Part shown: in pieces, positions 22,005 to 33,220 of the stretch
Numbering within the stretch: the stretch's first letter is position 1
Layout of the letters: each line of letters opens with the position of its first letter
Origin: Nesterenkonia sp.
Lineage (GTDB): Bacteria > Actinomycetota > Actinomycetes > Actinomycetales > Micrococcaceae
Direction: 5' to 3'
NCBI GenBank assembly: GCA_052089225.1
Contig: JBQCZP010000001.1
Location: forward strand, 125,478-189,477
DNA: 64,000 bases
Translations under genes and position numbers: made by a program
Notes under the pieces: generated by a model
What the model was told of the DNA's origin: nothing
The model's input: the letters and a program-made list of their open reading frames with translations, nothing else
Databases searched by the model: none

Positions 22005-23156
22005 CTAACGGCTCGGCGCGCCGGGGGCCGAAGGAGGCTCATCGCCGGAGATGACGATCTCGTATCCCAGCTCGTCCTCCTCGTTCTCAGCGGGCTCAGG
22101 CTCGGGCAGCGGAGGGAACGCAGTCGGCCGACCCTCGGCGTCCAGCGGCGTGCCGGAGTACGTCACAGTGCCCACCTCGCGCTCCTCGCGCAGGGCCAGC
22201 ACTTCGCGGGTGTGCTTGACCACGTCGGCGTCGCTGCGGCGCATCCGTGCGAACAGCGGGGCCTGGACGAATATCGTGGCGAAGGTGCCCACGATGATGC
22301 CGGTGAACAGGGCCAGGGCGATGTCGCGCAGGGTTCCGGCGCCCAGCAGCCACGCACCGATGAACAGGATGGAGCCCACCGGAAGGAGGCCGACCACTGA
22401 GGTGTTCACCGAGCGGACCAGAGTCTGATTGACCGCCAGGTTCACGCGTTCGGTGAACGTCTGGTCCCGCTGGCTGTGCAGCACGCTGACGTTCTCGCGG
22501 ATCTTGTCGAAGACCACCATCGTGTCGTAGAGCGCATAGGACAGGATGGTCAGAAACCCGATGATGGCGCTGGGGGTGACCTCGAAGCCGGTGAGCGAGT
22601 AGACGCCGACTGTGGTGACCACCACGAAGCCCAGGCCGGCCATGGCAGCCGCAGACATCTTCCAGGTGCGGAAGTACACGGCCATGTACAGGGTCACCAG
22701 CCCCAGGAAGATGACCAGGCCGATCAGCATCTGCTCGGAGACGTGCTCGCCCCAGACCGGACCGATGAAGGTGGAGGAGACTTGGTCGGCGGAGACCCCG
22801 TAGCCCTCCTGCAGCGACTCGGCGACCTGCAGCGTCTCCTCGTCGTCGAGCTGCTCAGTCTGGACCCGCACTGTGTCACCGGAGATGTTGGTGACGGTGG
22901 CCTCTTGGGCGGATGACTCCTGCACCGCCTGTTCGCCGGTGCTGATATCGGCGTCCTCGGTCTGCGAGATGGTGAACTCGCTGCCGCCGGTGAACTCGAT
23001 GCCCAGGTTGAACCCGCCCTGCACGAAGGGGATGGCGATCGAGATGACCACTATCGCTGCTGCCAGGAGGAACCACAGGTTCGACCGCTGAATGAACGGG
23101 TAGGCGCGTTCACCGGTGTAGAGCTGGTTGCCGGCCTTGGCGAATCCTGCGGCCAT
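22005..23156 (-). CDS. secF: Protein translocase subunit SecF
   Basis: GIEFTGG, YDTMVVFDKIRE and NQTLVRSVNT motifs. Confidence 0.95.
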   Translation of the reverse strand: MAAGFAKAGNQLYTGERAYPFIQRSNLWFLLAAAIVVISIAIPFVQGGFNLGIEFTGGSEFTISQTEDADISTGEQAVQESSAQEATVTNISGDTVRVQTEQLDDEETLQVAESLQEGYGVSADQVSSTFIGPVWGEHVSEQMLIGLVIFLGLVTLYMAVYFRTWKMSAAAMAGLGFVVVTTVGVYSLTGFEVTPSAIIGFLTILSYALYDTMVVFDKIRENVSVLHSQRDQTFTERVNLAVNQTLVRSVNTSVVGLLPVGSILFIGAWLLGAGTLRDIALALFTGIIVGTFATIFVQAPLFARMRRSDADVVKHTREVLALREEREVGTVTYSGTPLDAEGRPTAFPPLPEPEPAENEEDELGYEIVISGDEPPSAPGAPSR

Positions 23157-25075
23157 CAGCGCTCCCCTCCTGCAGTGTCTGTCGGGTCCGTTGCGGCGCT
23201 CACCGGTGGGTCTGAGTCATCCTGCTGCTCGCGGCTGCGGGCTGCGAGGCTGCGTGCTTCGCGCCGTTCGGCGATGGTCATCTGTGCCCATTCCTGCTCC
23301 GAGATGTCGGGGACCTCCGCTGCCCGGTCAGCTGCGGCCGGATGCAGCTGCGCCGGGTCGGTCCCCGCAGGCTGGTCGGTGCGGATGCCTCGGCGGGCGA
23401 AGCGGCCGGCCCCGCGGTAGAGCACGTCCACACCCAATGCCTTGGCACTGAGGCCGGAGAACCTCCTGCCGGTGGCGAAGAAGGTGCGCTGGGCCAGCAG
23501 CTGCATCATCGGGTGGGTGAACAGGAAGACCAGGATGACGTCGATCAGCGCCGTCAGCCCCAAGGTGAACGCGAATCCGCGCACATTGCCCACCGCAACC
23601 AGATAGAGCACGACGGCGGCCATAATGTTGACGGCCTTCGAGGCCAGAATGGTGCGTCGGGCCCGGGACCAGCCGGCCTCCACCGATCCGGCCAGGGATC
23701 TGCCCTCGCGCAGCTCGTCCTTCACCCGTTCGAAGTAGACGACGAACGAGTCGGCCGTCAGGCCGATTGAGAGGATGAGCCCGGCGATGCCGGCCAGCGA
23801 GAGGCGGTACCCGTCGGTCCAGCCCAGCAGTGAGATGGCCCACCAGGTCAGTGCGGCGTTGACCACCAAGGAGGGGATGGTCACCGCCAGGGCCAGCGAC
23901 CGGTACTGGAAGATGGCGTAGCCGGCGGTGAGCAGCAGGCCGATGATTCCTGCCACCAGGCCCATGCGCAGCTGGTCTGCGCCGAGGGTCGCTGAGATCT
24001 GCTGCTCGGACTCGATGGAGAAGGAGATCGGCAGTGAGCCGTAGCGCAGCTGCTCAGCCAGCTGCTCGGCCTCCTCCTCGGAGTAGTCACCGGTGATCTG
24101 CGCGTTGCCGTCGGTGATGGGAGCGTTCATGCTCGGCGCGACGATCACGTGTCCGTCCAGCACGATTCCGAAACGGTTCTGCGCCTCGCCCTGGGAGAAC
24201 CCGTAGAGCCGGGAGGAGGACTCACGGAACTGCTCTGTGCCGGTGCTGTCGAAGTGCACGGTGACTGCGTAGGAGCCGGTCGATGTTCCCCCGGGGCTCT
24301 GCTCGGTGCCCCAGCTGGCGTCGTCGATGTACTCACCGTCGACGTCGACGGGGCCCAGCAGGAACTTCTCCCCGCGTTCTGGGTCACAGGTGATCAGCGG
24401 CTCATCGGGCTCCTGCGCCTGACGCTGCTCCAGTGATATGTCGGACTGGCACTCATAGTTGGCGAACTCGGCGCCCAGCTCCTGGGTGATCCAGTTCAGA
24501 TCAGAGTTGTTCTGCGGCTCGGCGTCGGGCTCCGGGAAGTCCTCCGGCACCGCCTTTTCCGTCTCCTCCTCGTCCTGGGATTCGCGCTGGGCCTCCAGCT
24601 CAGCTTCGAACTCCTCAAACTCCTCGTCGCTGAGCTCCTCGCGCTGGGCGTCCAGGAGGGCATCGTCGACGAAGGTGGGGTCGGTCTCTGCGCGCAGCAC
24701 GGGCCGGAACTCCATGTCTGCCGGCGCCTGGATCAGCTCGCGGGTCTCCTGGTCGGGAGTCCCCGGCAGGCTGACCACGATGTTCTCCGAGCCCTGTACG
24801 GCGATCTCGGCTTCGGCGACGCCGGTTCCGTCCACGCGCTGGCGGATGATCTCCACCGCCTGCTGCAGCTGTTCGTCGTCGACCTCCTCGCCGGGGTCCG
24901 TCTCCGGCGAGAGCACCATCTGCGTGCCGCCCTCGAGGTCAAGCGCAAGGAGCGGGGTCCACTGGGCGCGACCCTCCTGGACCCCGTAGGCCAGCAGCCC
25001 GCCCATAGTGATGAGGATGAGGATGAGGGCGGTCAGCGCTCCGCGGGCAGCACGGACAGGTTTCGGTGCAGCCAT
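23156..25075 (-). CDS. secD: Protein translocase subunit SecD
   Basis: LALDLEGG, IIRQRVDGTG, LRYGSLP and ADSFVVYFERVKDE; acidic extracytoplasmic domain. Confidence 0.95.
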   Translation of the reverse strand: MAAPKPVRAARGALTALILILITMGGLLAYGVQEGRAQWTPLLALDLEGGTQMVLSPETDPGEEVDDEQLQQAVEIIRQRVDGTGVAEAEIAVQGSENIVVSLPGTPDQETRELIQAPADMEFRPVLRAETDPTFVDDALLDAQREELSDEEFEEFEAELEAQRESQDEEETEKAVPEDFPEPDAEPQNNSDLNWITQELGAEFANYECQSDISLEQRQAQEPDEPLITCDPERGEKFLLGPVDVDGEYIDDASWGTEQSPGGTSTGSYAVTVHFDSTGTEQFRESSSRLYGFSQGEAQNRFGIVLDGHVIVAPSMNAPITDGNAQITGDYSEEEAEQLAEQLRYGSLPISFSIESEQQISATLGADQLRMGLVAGIIGLLLTAGYAIFQYRSLALAVTIPSLVVNAALTWWAISLLGWTDGYRLSLAGIAGLILSIGLTADSFVVYFERVKDELREGRSLAGSVEAGWSRARRTILASKAVNIMAAVVLYLVAVGNVRGFAFTLGLTALIDVILVFLFTHPMMQLLAQRTFFATGRRFSGLSAKALGVDVLYRGAGRFARRGIRTDQPAGTDPAQLHPAAADRAAEVPDISEQEWAQMTIAERREARSLAARSREQQDDSDPPVSAATDPTDTAGGER

Positions 25076-25086
25076 TCAGGGCGGCC

Positions 25087-25440
25087 TCAGCTGCTTTCGT
25101 CGGTGTGCTGCTGTCCGGGGGCAGGAGTGAGAATCTGCTGGACGGCAACGAGCAGGAAGTCCACGCGGTCGCCGTTGGAGAACTCCAGAACGATTCGCTG
25201 GGTCTCCTCATCGCGGGAAACGATGGTGCCGACCATTCCGCCGGCTGTCACCACTTCAGCCCCGACGACGGCACCGGCGTGGGCCTCCTGCTGGGACTGA
25301 CGAGCCTTGCGGCTGCGTCGGAAGGTCATGAATACCAGCAGAAGCAGCATGCCGATCATGACGAACATCAGGATGCCGCCCCCGACTGGCTCGCCCGCTG
25401 CATCGCCGGCCTGGATTTGGGTCAGAAGAGTGTCAATCAC
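25087..25440 (-). CDS. yajC: Preprotein translocase subunit YajC
   Basis: N-terminal TM helix then GAEVVTAGGMVGTI; between ruvB and secD; start re-called to GTG 25440. Confidence 0.85.
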   Translation of the reverse strand: MIDTLLTQIQAGDAAGEPVGGGILMFVMIGMLLLLVFMTFRRSRKARQSQQEAHAGAVVGAEVVTAGGMVGTIVSRDEETQRIVLEFSNGDRVDFLLVAVQQILTPAPGQQHTDESS

Positions 25441-25500
25441 AACGGGCAAGACTAGCAGGTAAGTGTGAATTTCCGAGCCTGAGCACGGATGGCCGGGAAA

Positions 25501-26589
25501 CTATTCACCCCAGAGCTTAGGAGCCGCCGCTTCGTCACCGCTCGGGGCAGGCCGCTCCGGCACTGCGAGTCCCAGGTGCTCCCACGCGGCGTCAGTGGCG
25601 ATCCGTCCGCGCGGGGTCCGGGCCAACAGACCCTCCCGCACCAGGAACGGCTCAGCGACCGACTCCACAGTCTCGGTCTCCTCCCCCACCAGAATCGCCA
25701 ACGTGGAGAGTCCCACCGGGCCGCCGCGAAACTTGGTGCACAGGGCGTCCAACACCGCCCTGTCCAGCCGGTCCAGTCCCAGGGAGTCCACTTCGTAGGT
25801 GTTCAGTGCAGCCGAGGCGGCCTGCTGGTCCACTTCTTCGATGCCGTGCACCAGCGCCCAGTCGCGGACTCGGCGCAGCAGGCGATTGGAGATGCGTGGG
25901 GTGCCGCGGGACCGGGACGCGATCTCAGCGAATCCCTCCTCGGTGACATTGACGTTCAGCATGGACGCTGAGCGACGCAGGACCTGGTGCAGCTCGTCGA
26001 CGCTGTAGAACTCCAGGTGAGCGGTGAAGCCGAAGCGATCGCGCAGCGGACCCGGCAGCAGCCCGGCTCGGGTTGTGGCCCCGACCAGCGTGAACGGGGG
26101 CAGCTCCAGGGGAATCGAGGTGGCTCCGGCGCCCTTGCCGACGATGATGTCGACCCGAAAATCCTCCATGGCCATGTAGAGCATCTCCTCGGCCGGTCGG
26201 GACATGCGGTGGATCTCATCGATGAAGAGCACCTCTCCGTCGGTGAGTGAGGAGAGGATCGCCGCCAAGTCACCGGCGTGCTGGATTGCCGGGCCGGAGG
26301 TGATGCGCAGCGCGGCACCCATCTCGGCGGCAATGATCATGGCCAACGTGGTCTTGCCCAGCCCCGGTGGGCCCGAGAGGAGCACATGATCGGCGGCGGC
26401 CCCACGCATGGCGGAGGACTGCAGCACCAGAGACAGCTGTCCGCGCACCGTGGACTGGCCCACGAAGTCTTCCAGCGCCTTGGGTCGCAGCGCTGCCTCC
26501 ATGGTCTTCTCCTCGGCCGCCGGTGCGGTGTTGACCAGCTCGCGGCCGGCCTGATCCTGCGTCCCGGCGTCCTCGTGCTGTGCGCTCAT
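25501..26589 (-). CDS. ruvB: Holliday junction branch migration ATPase RuvB
   Basis: [28 protein letters not shown] and RGTPRI. Confidence 0.97.
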   Translation of the reverse strand: MSAQHEDAGTQDQAGRELVNTAPAAEEKTMEAALRPKALEDFVGQSTVRGQLSLVLQSSAMRGAAADHVLLSGPPGLGKTTLAMIIAAEMGAALRITSGPAIQHAGDLAAILSSLTDGEVLFIDEIHRMSRPAEEMLYMAMEDFRVDIIVGKGAGATSIPLELPPFTLVGATTRAGLLPGPLRDRFGFTAHLEFYSVDELHQVLRRSASMLNVNVTEEGFAEIASRSRGTPRISNRLLRRVRDWALVHGIEEVDQQAASAALNTYEVDSLGLDRLDRAVLDALCTKFRGGPVGLSTLAILVGEETETVESVAEPFLVREGLLARTPRGRIATDAAWEHLGLAVPERPAPSGDEAAAPKLWGE

Positions 26590-27230
26590 CGGCCGCCGCC
26601 CGCCTTCGCGGCCCCCAGGGACCGCAGGGTGCTGCGCAGCACCGTCGCAGTGTCGGCCTCTGCCAGATCCGGCTCTGCCTTCAGGGTCGCATCGACTGCT
26701 GCGGAAGCGTCCTTCTCCGTCCAGCCCAGCGAGGCCAGGGCCGCACGGACCTCGGCCAGAGTCGCCGAGGCGGTGGTCGTATCCCCCGCGGCGGCGTCGG
26801 CCGAGCCGGACGCGTCGGCCTGGGGTTCGATGACCAGCTTGCCGGCCAGCTCCAACAGGATCCGCTGGGCGGTCTTCTTCCCGATCCCGGGGACTTTGGT
26901 GAAGGCAGCAGTGTCCGAATCGCGGATGGCGGTGCGCACGTCTGCCGGCGGGTGGACGCTGAGCACAGCCAGCGCCAGTCGCGGGCCGATGCCTGAGATG
27001 CCCAGCAGGGTGGTGAAGATCTCACGCTCATCGGCGTCGGCGAAGCCGAACAGCAGCGGTGCGTCATCCTGGCGGGGAATGAAGGCGGTCTGCAGGAAGG
27101 CCGCAGTCCCCGCGCGCAGGGTGCTCAGTGTCTGGGGCGTGGCGTGGACTGCCAGACCGAACCCGGAGACTTCCACGACCGCATGATCGAGTCCCAGCTG
27201 GAGCACCTCACCGCGGATGCTTGAAATCAT
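26586..27230 (-). CDS. ruvA: Holliday junction DNA-binding protein RuvA
   Basis: [23 protein letters not shown] and [12 protein letters not shown]. Confidence 0.96.
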   Translation of the reverse strand: MISSIRGEVLQLGLDHAVVEVSGFGLAVHATPQTLSTLRAGTAAFLQTAFIPRQDDAPLLFGFADADEREIFTTLLGISGIGPRLALAVLSVHPPADVRTAIRDSDTAAFTKVPGIGKKTAQRILLELAGKLVIEPQADASGSADAAAGDTTTASATLAEVRAALASLGWTEKDASAAVDATLKAEPDLAEADTATVLRSTLRSLGAAKAGGGR

Positions 27231-27273
27231 CGGGCCTCCCCCTTCGCCGGGTTCACGCAGAACACCGCTTCAT

Positions 27274-27289
27274 TAGAATCTATCTTCGA
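27274..27289. promoter_or_regulatory. Degenerate LexA (SOS) box at a candidate internal ruvAB promoter
   Basis: Gene strand TCGAAG-ATAG-ATTCTA versus actinobacterial TCGAAC-N4-GTTCGA (3 mismatches), just downstream of a TAGGGT -10 at 27292-27297. Confidence 0.45.
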
Positions 27290-27388
27290 CTACCCTATCG
27301 GTTGGGGCGACGAGCCGGTATCACCCCTGACCGCGTGTCCCCCCAAACCTCGGGGCGCACCGCGACGATGAACAGTGTGCAGAGCTGG

Positions 27389-28069
27389 TCACAGCCCTCC
27401 TGAGGACCTGCCGACCCGCTTCTCGGCGTCGGCCCAGGCCTGCTGAGCTCGAGTCAGCCCGGAGGCGCGTGCCTCAGCGGCCCGCTGCAGCGCGGTGCGC
27501 GCACCCTGGTGGGTCCTAGTAGCTGCGTTGGTGCTGAACTTGGCCCCGACTCCGGCGCGCCAGCCGTGACAGATGGCCACCGCGTAGGCGTCGGTGGCAT
27601 CCACCGGCTTCGGCAGTCCCGGCAGTCCCAGGATGCGCTGAACCATCCGGGCTACGGCGTCCTTGTGCGCTCGGCCGTCGTCAGTGACGGCAGCCTTCAC
27701 CTCAGAGGGAGTGTGCCAGGCGACCGGCACTCCGCGGGCGGCCGCCGCAGCGATGATGACTCCCGAAGCCTGCGCCGTAGCGATGGCGGTTGGCGCATTA
27801 TTGGAGGCAAAGACCCGTTCGATGGCCAGCACATCGGGCAGATAGGTGTCCAGGACCGTCTCGGCGGCCCGTTGGATGGCCAGTATGCGTTCGGCCAAGT
27901 CCTGATCGCTGCGGGTACCTTTGACCTCCACGTGCAACGAGTCTCCGCGGCGATTGGGCAGCATCTCCACCACGGCGAAGCCGCACCGGGTCAGGCCGGG
28001 GTCGACTCCCAGGATCCGCTGAGCCACCCGGGAGCCGCCGGCTGTTCCGCTGAGTGCGCCGGTGGACAC
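27389..28069 (-). CDS. ruvC: Crossover junction endodeoxyribonuclease RuvC
   Basis: ILGVDPGLTRCG, LAIERVF, TPSEVKAAV and DATDAYAVAICH. Confidence 0.96.
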   Translation of the reverse strand: MSTGALSGTAGGSRVAQRILGVDPGLTRCGFAVVEMLPNRRGDSLHVEVKGTRSDQDLAERILAIQRAAETVLDTYLPDVLAIERVFASNNAPTAIATAQASGVIIAAAAARGVPVAWHTPSEVKAAVTDDGRAHKDAVARMVQRILGLPGLPKPVDATDAYAVAICHGWRAGVGAKFSTNAATRTHQGARTALQRAAEARASGLTRAQQAWADAEKRVGRSSGGL

Positions 28070-28075
28070 AGCCGA

Positions 28076-28837
28076 TCAGCTCTCGGCGTCGAGGGCGGCC
28101 AGGGTATCTTCACTGAGGTCTGCGTTGGTGTGAATGTTCTGCACGTCGTCCACGTCGTCCAGCGCATCGTGAAGCCGCAGGAACTTCTTCGCGTCCTCGA
28201 GCTCAAGATCGATCTTGATGTCGGAGAGGAACGCCACCTCGTCGGAGTCGTAGGAGATCTCGGCCGCCTGCAGCCCATTGAGCACCTCGGAGAAGTCAGT
28301 GGGCTCGGACTGGACCTGGAAGTGAGTGTCCTGCTCGATGACGTCCTCGACCCCGGCCTCCAACACAGCAGCCAGCACATCGTCCTCGGTGAGTCCCTCA
28401 GTCTTGGGCACTGTCACCACCCCCTTGCGCTGGAACATGTACGCCACCGACCCGGGGTCCGCCACAGTCCCGCCTGAGCGGGTCACCGCCACCCGCACAT
28501 CGGAGGCGGCCCGGTTGCGATTGTCGGTCAGACACTCCACCAGCAGGGCCGAGCCGGCAGGGCCGCGCACCTCGTAGGTGACCTCCTCATAGTCAACGGC
28601 GTCGCCGCTGAGGCCTGCACCGCGTTTGATGGCCCGGTCGATGTTGTCGTTGGGCACCGACTCCTTCTTCGCCTTGGACACTGCCAGGTCCAAGCCCGGA
28701 TTGCCGTCGACGTCGGGGCCGCCGCTGCGTGCGGCAACTTCGATCTGCTTGATGTAGCGCGCGTTGATCTTCGCCCGCTTGGCATCCACGGCAGCCTTGC
28801 GGTGCTTCGTGTTGGCCCATTTCGAGTGGCCGGCCAT
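28076..28837 (-). CDS. yebC: YebC/PmpR-family protein
   Basis: [18 protein letters not shown] and LTDNRNRA motifs. Confidence 0.95.
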   Translation of the reverse strand: MAGHSKWANTKHRKAAVDAKRAKINARYIKQIEVAARSGGPDVDGNPGLDLAVSKAKKESVPNDNIDRAIKRGAGLSGDAVDYEEVTYEVRGPAGSALLVECLTDNRNRAASDVRVAVTRSGGTVADPGSVAYMFQRKGVVTVPKTEGLTEDDVLAAVLEAGVEDVIEQDTHFQVQSEPTDFSEVLNGLQAAEISYDSDEVAFLSDIKIDLELEDAKKFLRLHDALDDVDDVQNIHTNADLSEDTLAALDAES

Positions 28838-28935
28838 GGTTCTCCTTGTGCGTTGTGTGAAACGGCTTCGTTGCAGATGGCAACAGTTGGACAGTCCGCG
28901 CCCCAGCTTACTAGGGCGAGCAGATCAGCACGGAG

Positions 28936-29541
28936 CTAGGACTGACGGGACTGGCGCACCACAGTGACCACCCGCTGGATGACGGTGACCAGTGAGGCTG
29001 CCGCCAGCAGCGTCAGCACCACCAGCAGCACCACCTCGGGCAGACCCAGCCCCACGAAGCCGGTGAGCACCAGGGTTGCCACCATCCGTTCGGGGCGCTC
29101 TGCGATCCCGGTGTTTGCGTCATATCCCAAGGCCTCAGCTCGTGCTCGGATGTAGGAGACCATCAGCCCCAGAATGAGGCAGACCGCAGCCGCGACGCCG
29201 ATCCAGTAGTTCTGCCCGTCCCCGAAGAACCACAGCATGAGCCCGAGGAAGACTGCGCTGTCCTGGATGCGGTCGCAGACGGAGTCCAAGAACCCGCCGA
29301 CTTCGCTGCGCCTGTCCCCCAGCGTGGCCATCAGCCCGTCGACCAGGTCGCTGAAGACGAACAGTGTGATGAGCACTGTGCCCCAGAACAGGTGGCCCAT
29401 GGGATAGATCACCAAAGCGCCCACGCTGACCCCGACTGTGCCGATGACGGTCACTGCATTGGGTGTGACCCCGATGGCCAACAGTGCTTTCGCCAGCGGG
29501 GTGAAGATCGCGTGGAAGAAGCTCCGAGCGTACTTCAGCAT
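28936..29541 (-). CDS. pgsA: Phosphatidylinositol phosphate synthase (CDP-alcohol phosphotransferase)
   Basis: TPNAVT, DLVDGLMA...GGFLDSVCDR motif, AERPER; ATG 29541 overlaps the HIT gene stop (TGATG). Confidence 0.9.
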   Translation of the reverse strand: MLKYARSFFHAIFTPLAKALLAIGVTPNAVTVIGTVGVSVGALVIYPMGHLFWGTVLITLFVFSDLVDGLMATLGDRRSEVGGFLDSVCDRIQDSAVFLGLMLWFFGDGQNYWIGVAAAVCLILGLMVSYIRARAEALGYDANTGIAERPERMVATLVLTGFVGLGLPEVVLLVVLTLLAAASLVTVIQRVVTVVRQSRQS

Positions 29542-30113
29542 CAGTGGTGGGCACCTGCGTCGTCGGCGCTGAGTCGTTCCCACGCTTCAGCCAGCAGCTG
29601 CTGAGTCTCGCCCAGGGTGGCGGAGAGGTTCTTCGTCTGGGCGATGATCGGCATGAAGTTGGTGTCTCCGCTCCAGCGCGGCACCAGATGCTGGTGCAGG
29701 TGGGCGGCGATTCCCGCGCCGCCGACTTTTCCCTGGTTGATCCCCAGGTTGACCCCGGAGGGCTTGGCGACCTCGCGCAGCACCCCCATGGCCTGCTGGG
29801 TCAGACTCATAAACTCTGCAGACTCCTGATCGCTGAGGTCAGTCAGATCAGGCACGTGCCGATAGGGGCACACCAGCATGTGCCCCGGGTTGTACGGATA
29901 CAGATTGAGCAGGACGAAGCAGCTGCGACCCCGGTGGACGATGAGGGATCCTTCGTCGCTGCGCTGCGGAGCCAGACAGAACGGGCAGTCGCCCTCACCG
30001 GTGACCTGATCCTGCCCCCGGGAGTGGTAGGCGGCTCGATGCGGGCTCCACAGCCTCTGAAAGGCGTCAGGGACCCCGGCCAGCTCAAAGTCGTCGACGC
30101 TGTGGGGCTCCAT
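29541..30113 (-). CDS. HIT-family protein (Rv2613c-like, probable Ap4A phosphorylase)
   Basis: LWSPHRAAY, CPFC, LNLYPYNPGH and HLHQHLVPRW histidine triad; follows thrS. Confidence 0.88.
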   Translation of the reverse strand: MEPHSVDDFELAGVPDAFQRLWSPHRAAYHSRGQDQVTGEGDCPFCLAPQRSDEGSLIVHRGRSCFVLLNLYPYNPGHMLVCPYRHVPDLTDLSDQESAEFMSLTQQAMGVLREVAKPSGVNLGINQGKVGGAGIAAHLHQHLVPRWSGDTNFMPIIAQTKNLSATLGETQQLLAEAWERLSADDAGAHH

Positions 30114-30116
30114 GCC

Positions 30117-32123
30117 TTATGCCTCTCGGTCTTCGATCGACCGGAGAATGCGCTCAACCGCCTCATCCGCCGGGACCTGGTTCTCCTGGCTGCCGTCGCG
30201 GAACCGGAAGGAGACGGCGTCGGCCTCGGCGTCCTCGCCGCCGGCGATCAGCACGAACGGGATCTTCTCCTTCGACGCGGTGCGGATCTTCTTCGGGAAC
30301 CTGTCGGTCCCGTCCTCCAGCTCGGCGCGGACCCCGCGACGCTTCAGCTTCTCAATCACCTCGGCGAGGTAGTCGTTGAAGGGCTCGGCCACCGGGATGC
30401 CGCGCACCTGCACCGGAGACAGCCAGGCGGGGAACGCTCCGGCGTAGTGCTCCACCAAGATGGCGGCGAAGCGTTCGATGGAGCCGAAGAGCGCCCGGTG
30501 GATCATGATGGGCCGCTGCCGGGAGCCGTCGGCGGCGGTGTACTCCAGCTCGAAGCGCTCAGGAAGGTTCGGGTCCACCTGCACAGTGGAGAGCTGCCAT
30601 TTGCGGCCGATCGCATCAGTGATCTTCAGATCGATCTTCGGCCCGTAGAAGGCCGCCTCACCAGGAATCTCGGTGTACTTCAGCCCTGAAGCCTTCGCCA
30701 CATTGCGCAGCGCTTCGGTGGCGGCCTCCCAGTACTGCTCAGAGCCGATCCACTTCTGCTTCTGCTCATCACGCAGGGAGAGCTCCAGCTCGAAGTCCTC
30801 CAGGCCGAAGTCACGCAGCAGCGAGAGCACGAAGTCGACCACTTTGGTGATCTCCTCCTCCAGCTGGTCCTCACGCACGAACAGGTGGGCGTCGTCCTGG
30901 GTGAATCCGCGGACCCGGGTCAGCCCGTGCAGGGTCCCGGAGCGCTCATTGCGGTAGACCGTGCCGTTCTCCGCCAGGCGCATGGGCAGCTCGCGATAGC
31001 TGCGGCCGCGCTCGGCGTAGATCAGGATGTGCATGGGGCAGTTCATGGGTTTCAGGTAGTAGTCCTGGCCCTGCTTGGTGACGTGGCCCTGCTCGTCGCG
31101 CTCTTCGTCCATGTGGATGGGCGGCCACATATCGTCGGCGTAGGTGGCCAGGTGCCCGGAGGTCGCGAAGAGGTCGCTCTTGGAGATGTGCGGGGTGTAG
31201 ACGTAGCTGTAGCCGGCCTCCAGGTGGCGGCGTCGTGCGTGCTGCTCCATCTCCCCGCGGACCACCGCACCCTTGGGGTGCCAGACCGACAGTCCGGAGC
31301 CGACCTCTTCGGGGAAGCTGAACAGGTCCAGCTCCTTGCCCAGCCGACGGTGATCACGGCGCTCAGCCTCGGCCAACCGCTCCTTATAGGCTTTCAGGTC
31401 GTCCTTGGTGGGCCAGGCGGTGCCGTAGAGCCGCTGCAGCTGGGGGTTGGACTCCTGGCCGCGCCAGTAGGCCCCGGCGGCGCGCATCACCGCGAAGGCG
31501 TTGCTGATCAGCTTGGCGTTGGGCAGGTGGGGTCCGCGGCACAGGTCGCTCCACACGCGCTCGCCGGCGCGGTCAACGTTGTGATAAACGGTGATGACGT
31601 CGCCGCCGACCTCCACACCGGCGCCTTCGGCCATCGAATCGGCACCCTGGCCCTGGCCGAGGAGCTCAAGCTTATAGGGCTCGGCGGCCATCTGACGGGT
31701 GGCCTCATCGACGTCGACCACCTCACGCTCGAACGTCTGGTTCTGGTTGATGATCTTCTGCATCGCCTTCTCGATCTTCTTCAGATCCTCCGGGGTGAAG
31801 GGCTTCTCCACGTCGAAGTCGAAGTAGAACCCGTCGGTGATGTAGGGGCCGATGCCCAGCTTGGCATCCGGGAAGAGCTGCTGGACGGCCTGGGCCATCA
31901 CGTGGGCGGCTGAGTGGCGCAGCACATCCAGGCCCTCCGGCTCGGAGATGGCGACCGGCTGGACCTCTGCTCCGGCGGGGATCTGACGGGCGAGGTCCCA
32001 GAGCTCATCATTCACCCGCATCACCACAGTGGAGGCAGAGTTGGCGAACAGAGTGGTTCCGGTGGTGCCCGCCTCAAGGGTCGTGGGTGCGCCATTGAGT
32101 GTGATGCTGATCTGTTCGGACAC
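30117..32123 (-). CDS. thrS: Threonine--tRNA ligase
   Basis: [37 protein letters not shown] and IHRALFGS; start re-called to GTG 32123 after AGGAGA. Confidence 0.97.
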   Translation of the reverse strand: MSEQISITLNGAPTTLEAGTTGTTLFANSASTVVMRVNDELWDLARQIPAGAEVQPVAISEPEGLDVLRHSAAHVMAQAVQQLFPDAKLGIGPYITDGFYFDFDVEKPFTPEDLKKIEKAMQKIINQNQTFEREVVDVDEATRQMAAEPYKLELLGQGQGADSMAEGAGVEVGGDVITVYHNVDRAGERVWSDLCRGPHLPNAKLISNAFAVMRAAGAYWRGQESNPQLQRLYGTAWPTKDDLKAYKERLAEAERRDHRRLGKELDLFSFPEEVGSGLSVWHPKGAVVRGEMEQHARRRHLEAGYSYVYTPHISKSDLFATSGHLATYADDMWPPIHMDEERDEQGHVTKQGQDYYLKPMNCPMHILIYAERGRSYRELPMRLAENGTVYRNERSGTLHGLTRVRGFTQDDAHLFVREDQLEEEITKVVDFVLSLLRDFGLEDFELELSLRDEQKQKWIGSEQYWEAATEALRNVAKASGLKYTEIPGEAAFYGPKIDLKITDAIGRKWQLSTVQVDPNLPERFELEYTAADGSRQRPIMIHRALFGSIERFAAILVEHYAGAFPAWLSPVQVRGIPVAEPFNDYLAEVIEKLKRRGVRAELEDGTDRFPKKIRTASKEKIPFVLIAGGEDAEADAVSFRFRDGSQENQVPADEAVERILRSIEDREA

Positions 32124-32263
32124 TTCGCCTATGTTCTCCTGATCGATTGGCTGGGACCGCGCGGGCCCAAAGAACCTCTGACGTCGTGATTCTACGGGAC
32201 ACCAGCTGTACGCGCCTGCTGCCTGTCTCAGGCGCACGCAGAGTTCGGCATCGCGTCCCGGCC

Positions 32264-33205
32264 TCAGCGACTCTGACAGCCGGGGCACCAGTACAGCCGC
32301 CTCCCCTGCAGCTGGCGTACCTGCACCGTCTCACCGCAGCGCAGACACGGGGTGCCCTGATGCTGGTACACCCAATGACGACGCACCGCTGCCCCTGAAC
32401 GGGCGGCTGAGCCGGCCCGATAATCATGCACATCGGCCCCGCGCAGCCCCCGTTGCGGGTCGTCGTCGCGCAGGGTTCGGATGATGCCTTCCTCCACACC
32501 GTCGCGCAGCTGGCCGGTCAGCGTCTGCCAGAGGGAGTCGACGCGGGCCTCGGGCAGCTCGTTCGCGGGGGTGTCCGGGTCGATGCCCTCCACGAACAGT
32601 GATTCGGCCCGGTAGATGTTTCCGACCCCTGCGATGACCGCCTGGTCCATCACTGCGGCGGCGATGCTGACCCGACGCCGGACCAGGTTCGACCGGAACT
32701 GCTCCAGCAGGGCACCGCAGGTCTCACCGGCAGGCTGACGCAGCGGGTCGGGGCCGAGTCGGGCGATCAGCGCTTCGTACTGCATCGGGTTGAGCACCCG
32801 GCACTGGGCGGGACCCCTCAGGTCCGCCCACCCGTTGGGCACGTGGATCCGCGCGCGGACCGCACCCACGGCCGGCTCCGGAACGATCCAACCGTCGTCG
32901 TCGTACTCAGGGTCCAACTGCGTCGCCGCCGTGCGCGGCGCCCCTAATGTGTCGGCGGCGTCAAAGCTGGTGTCGCCGCGGAAGCTGAAGGCCCCGTAGA
33001 GCCCCAGATGCACCTGCCAGATGTCGGCACCCACGTGCACCAGCAGCTGTTTGCCCCAGGCCTCTGCGCGTTCGGGGGCACGGCCGTCCAGCTGTGCCGC
33101 ACCGGCGGCGAAGCGCCCCTGCGGTGAGGTCACGCGCCAGCTTCGGCCGATGAACAGCCGCTGGAACTGCTCGGCCAGGCGGTGCAGAGTGTGTCCTTCA
33201 GGCAC
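32264..33205 (-). CDS. Fpg/Nei-family DNA glycosylase (Nei-like)
   Basis: N-terminal PEGHT, AWGKQL, HLGLYG, H2TH motif [15 protein letters not shown]-terminal CLRC...CPGC zinc finger. Confidence 0.92.
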   Translation of the reverse strand: MPEGHTLHRLAEQFQRLFIGRSWRVTSPQGRFAAGAAQLDGRAPERAEAWGKQLLVHVGADIWQVHLGLYGAFSFRGDTSFDAADTLGAPRTAATQLDPEYDDDGWIVPEPAVGAVRARIHVPNGWADLRGPAQCRVLNPMQYEALIARLGPDPLRQPAGETCGALLEQFRSNLVRRRVSIAAAVMDQAVIAGVGNIYRAESLFVEGIDPDTPANELPEARVDSLWQTLTGQLRDGVEEGIIRTLRDDDPQRGLRGADVHDYRAGSAARSGAAVRRHWVYQHQGTPCLRCGETVQVRQLQGRRLYWCPGCQSR

Positions 33206-33220
33206 AGGGAGTCAGCTGTC

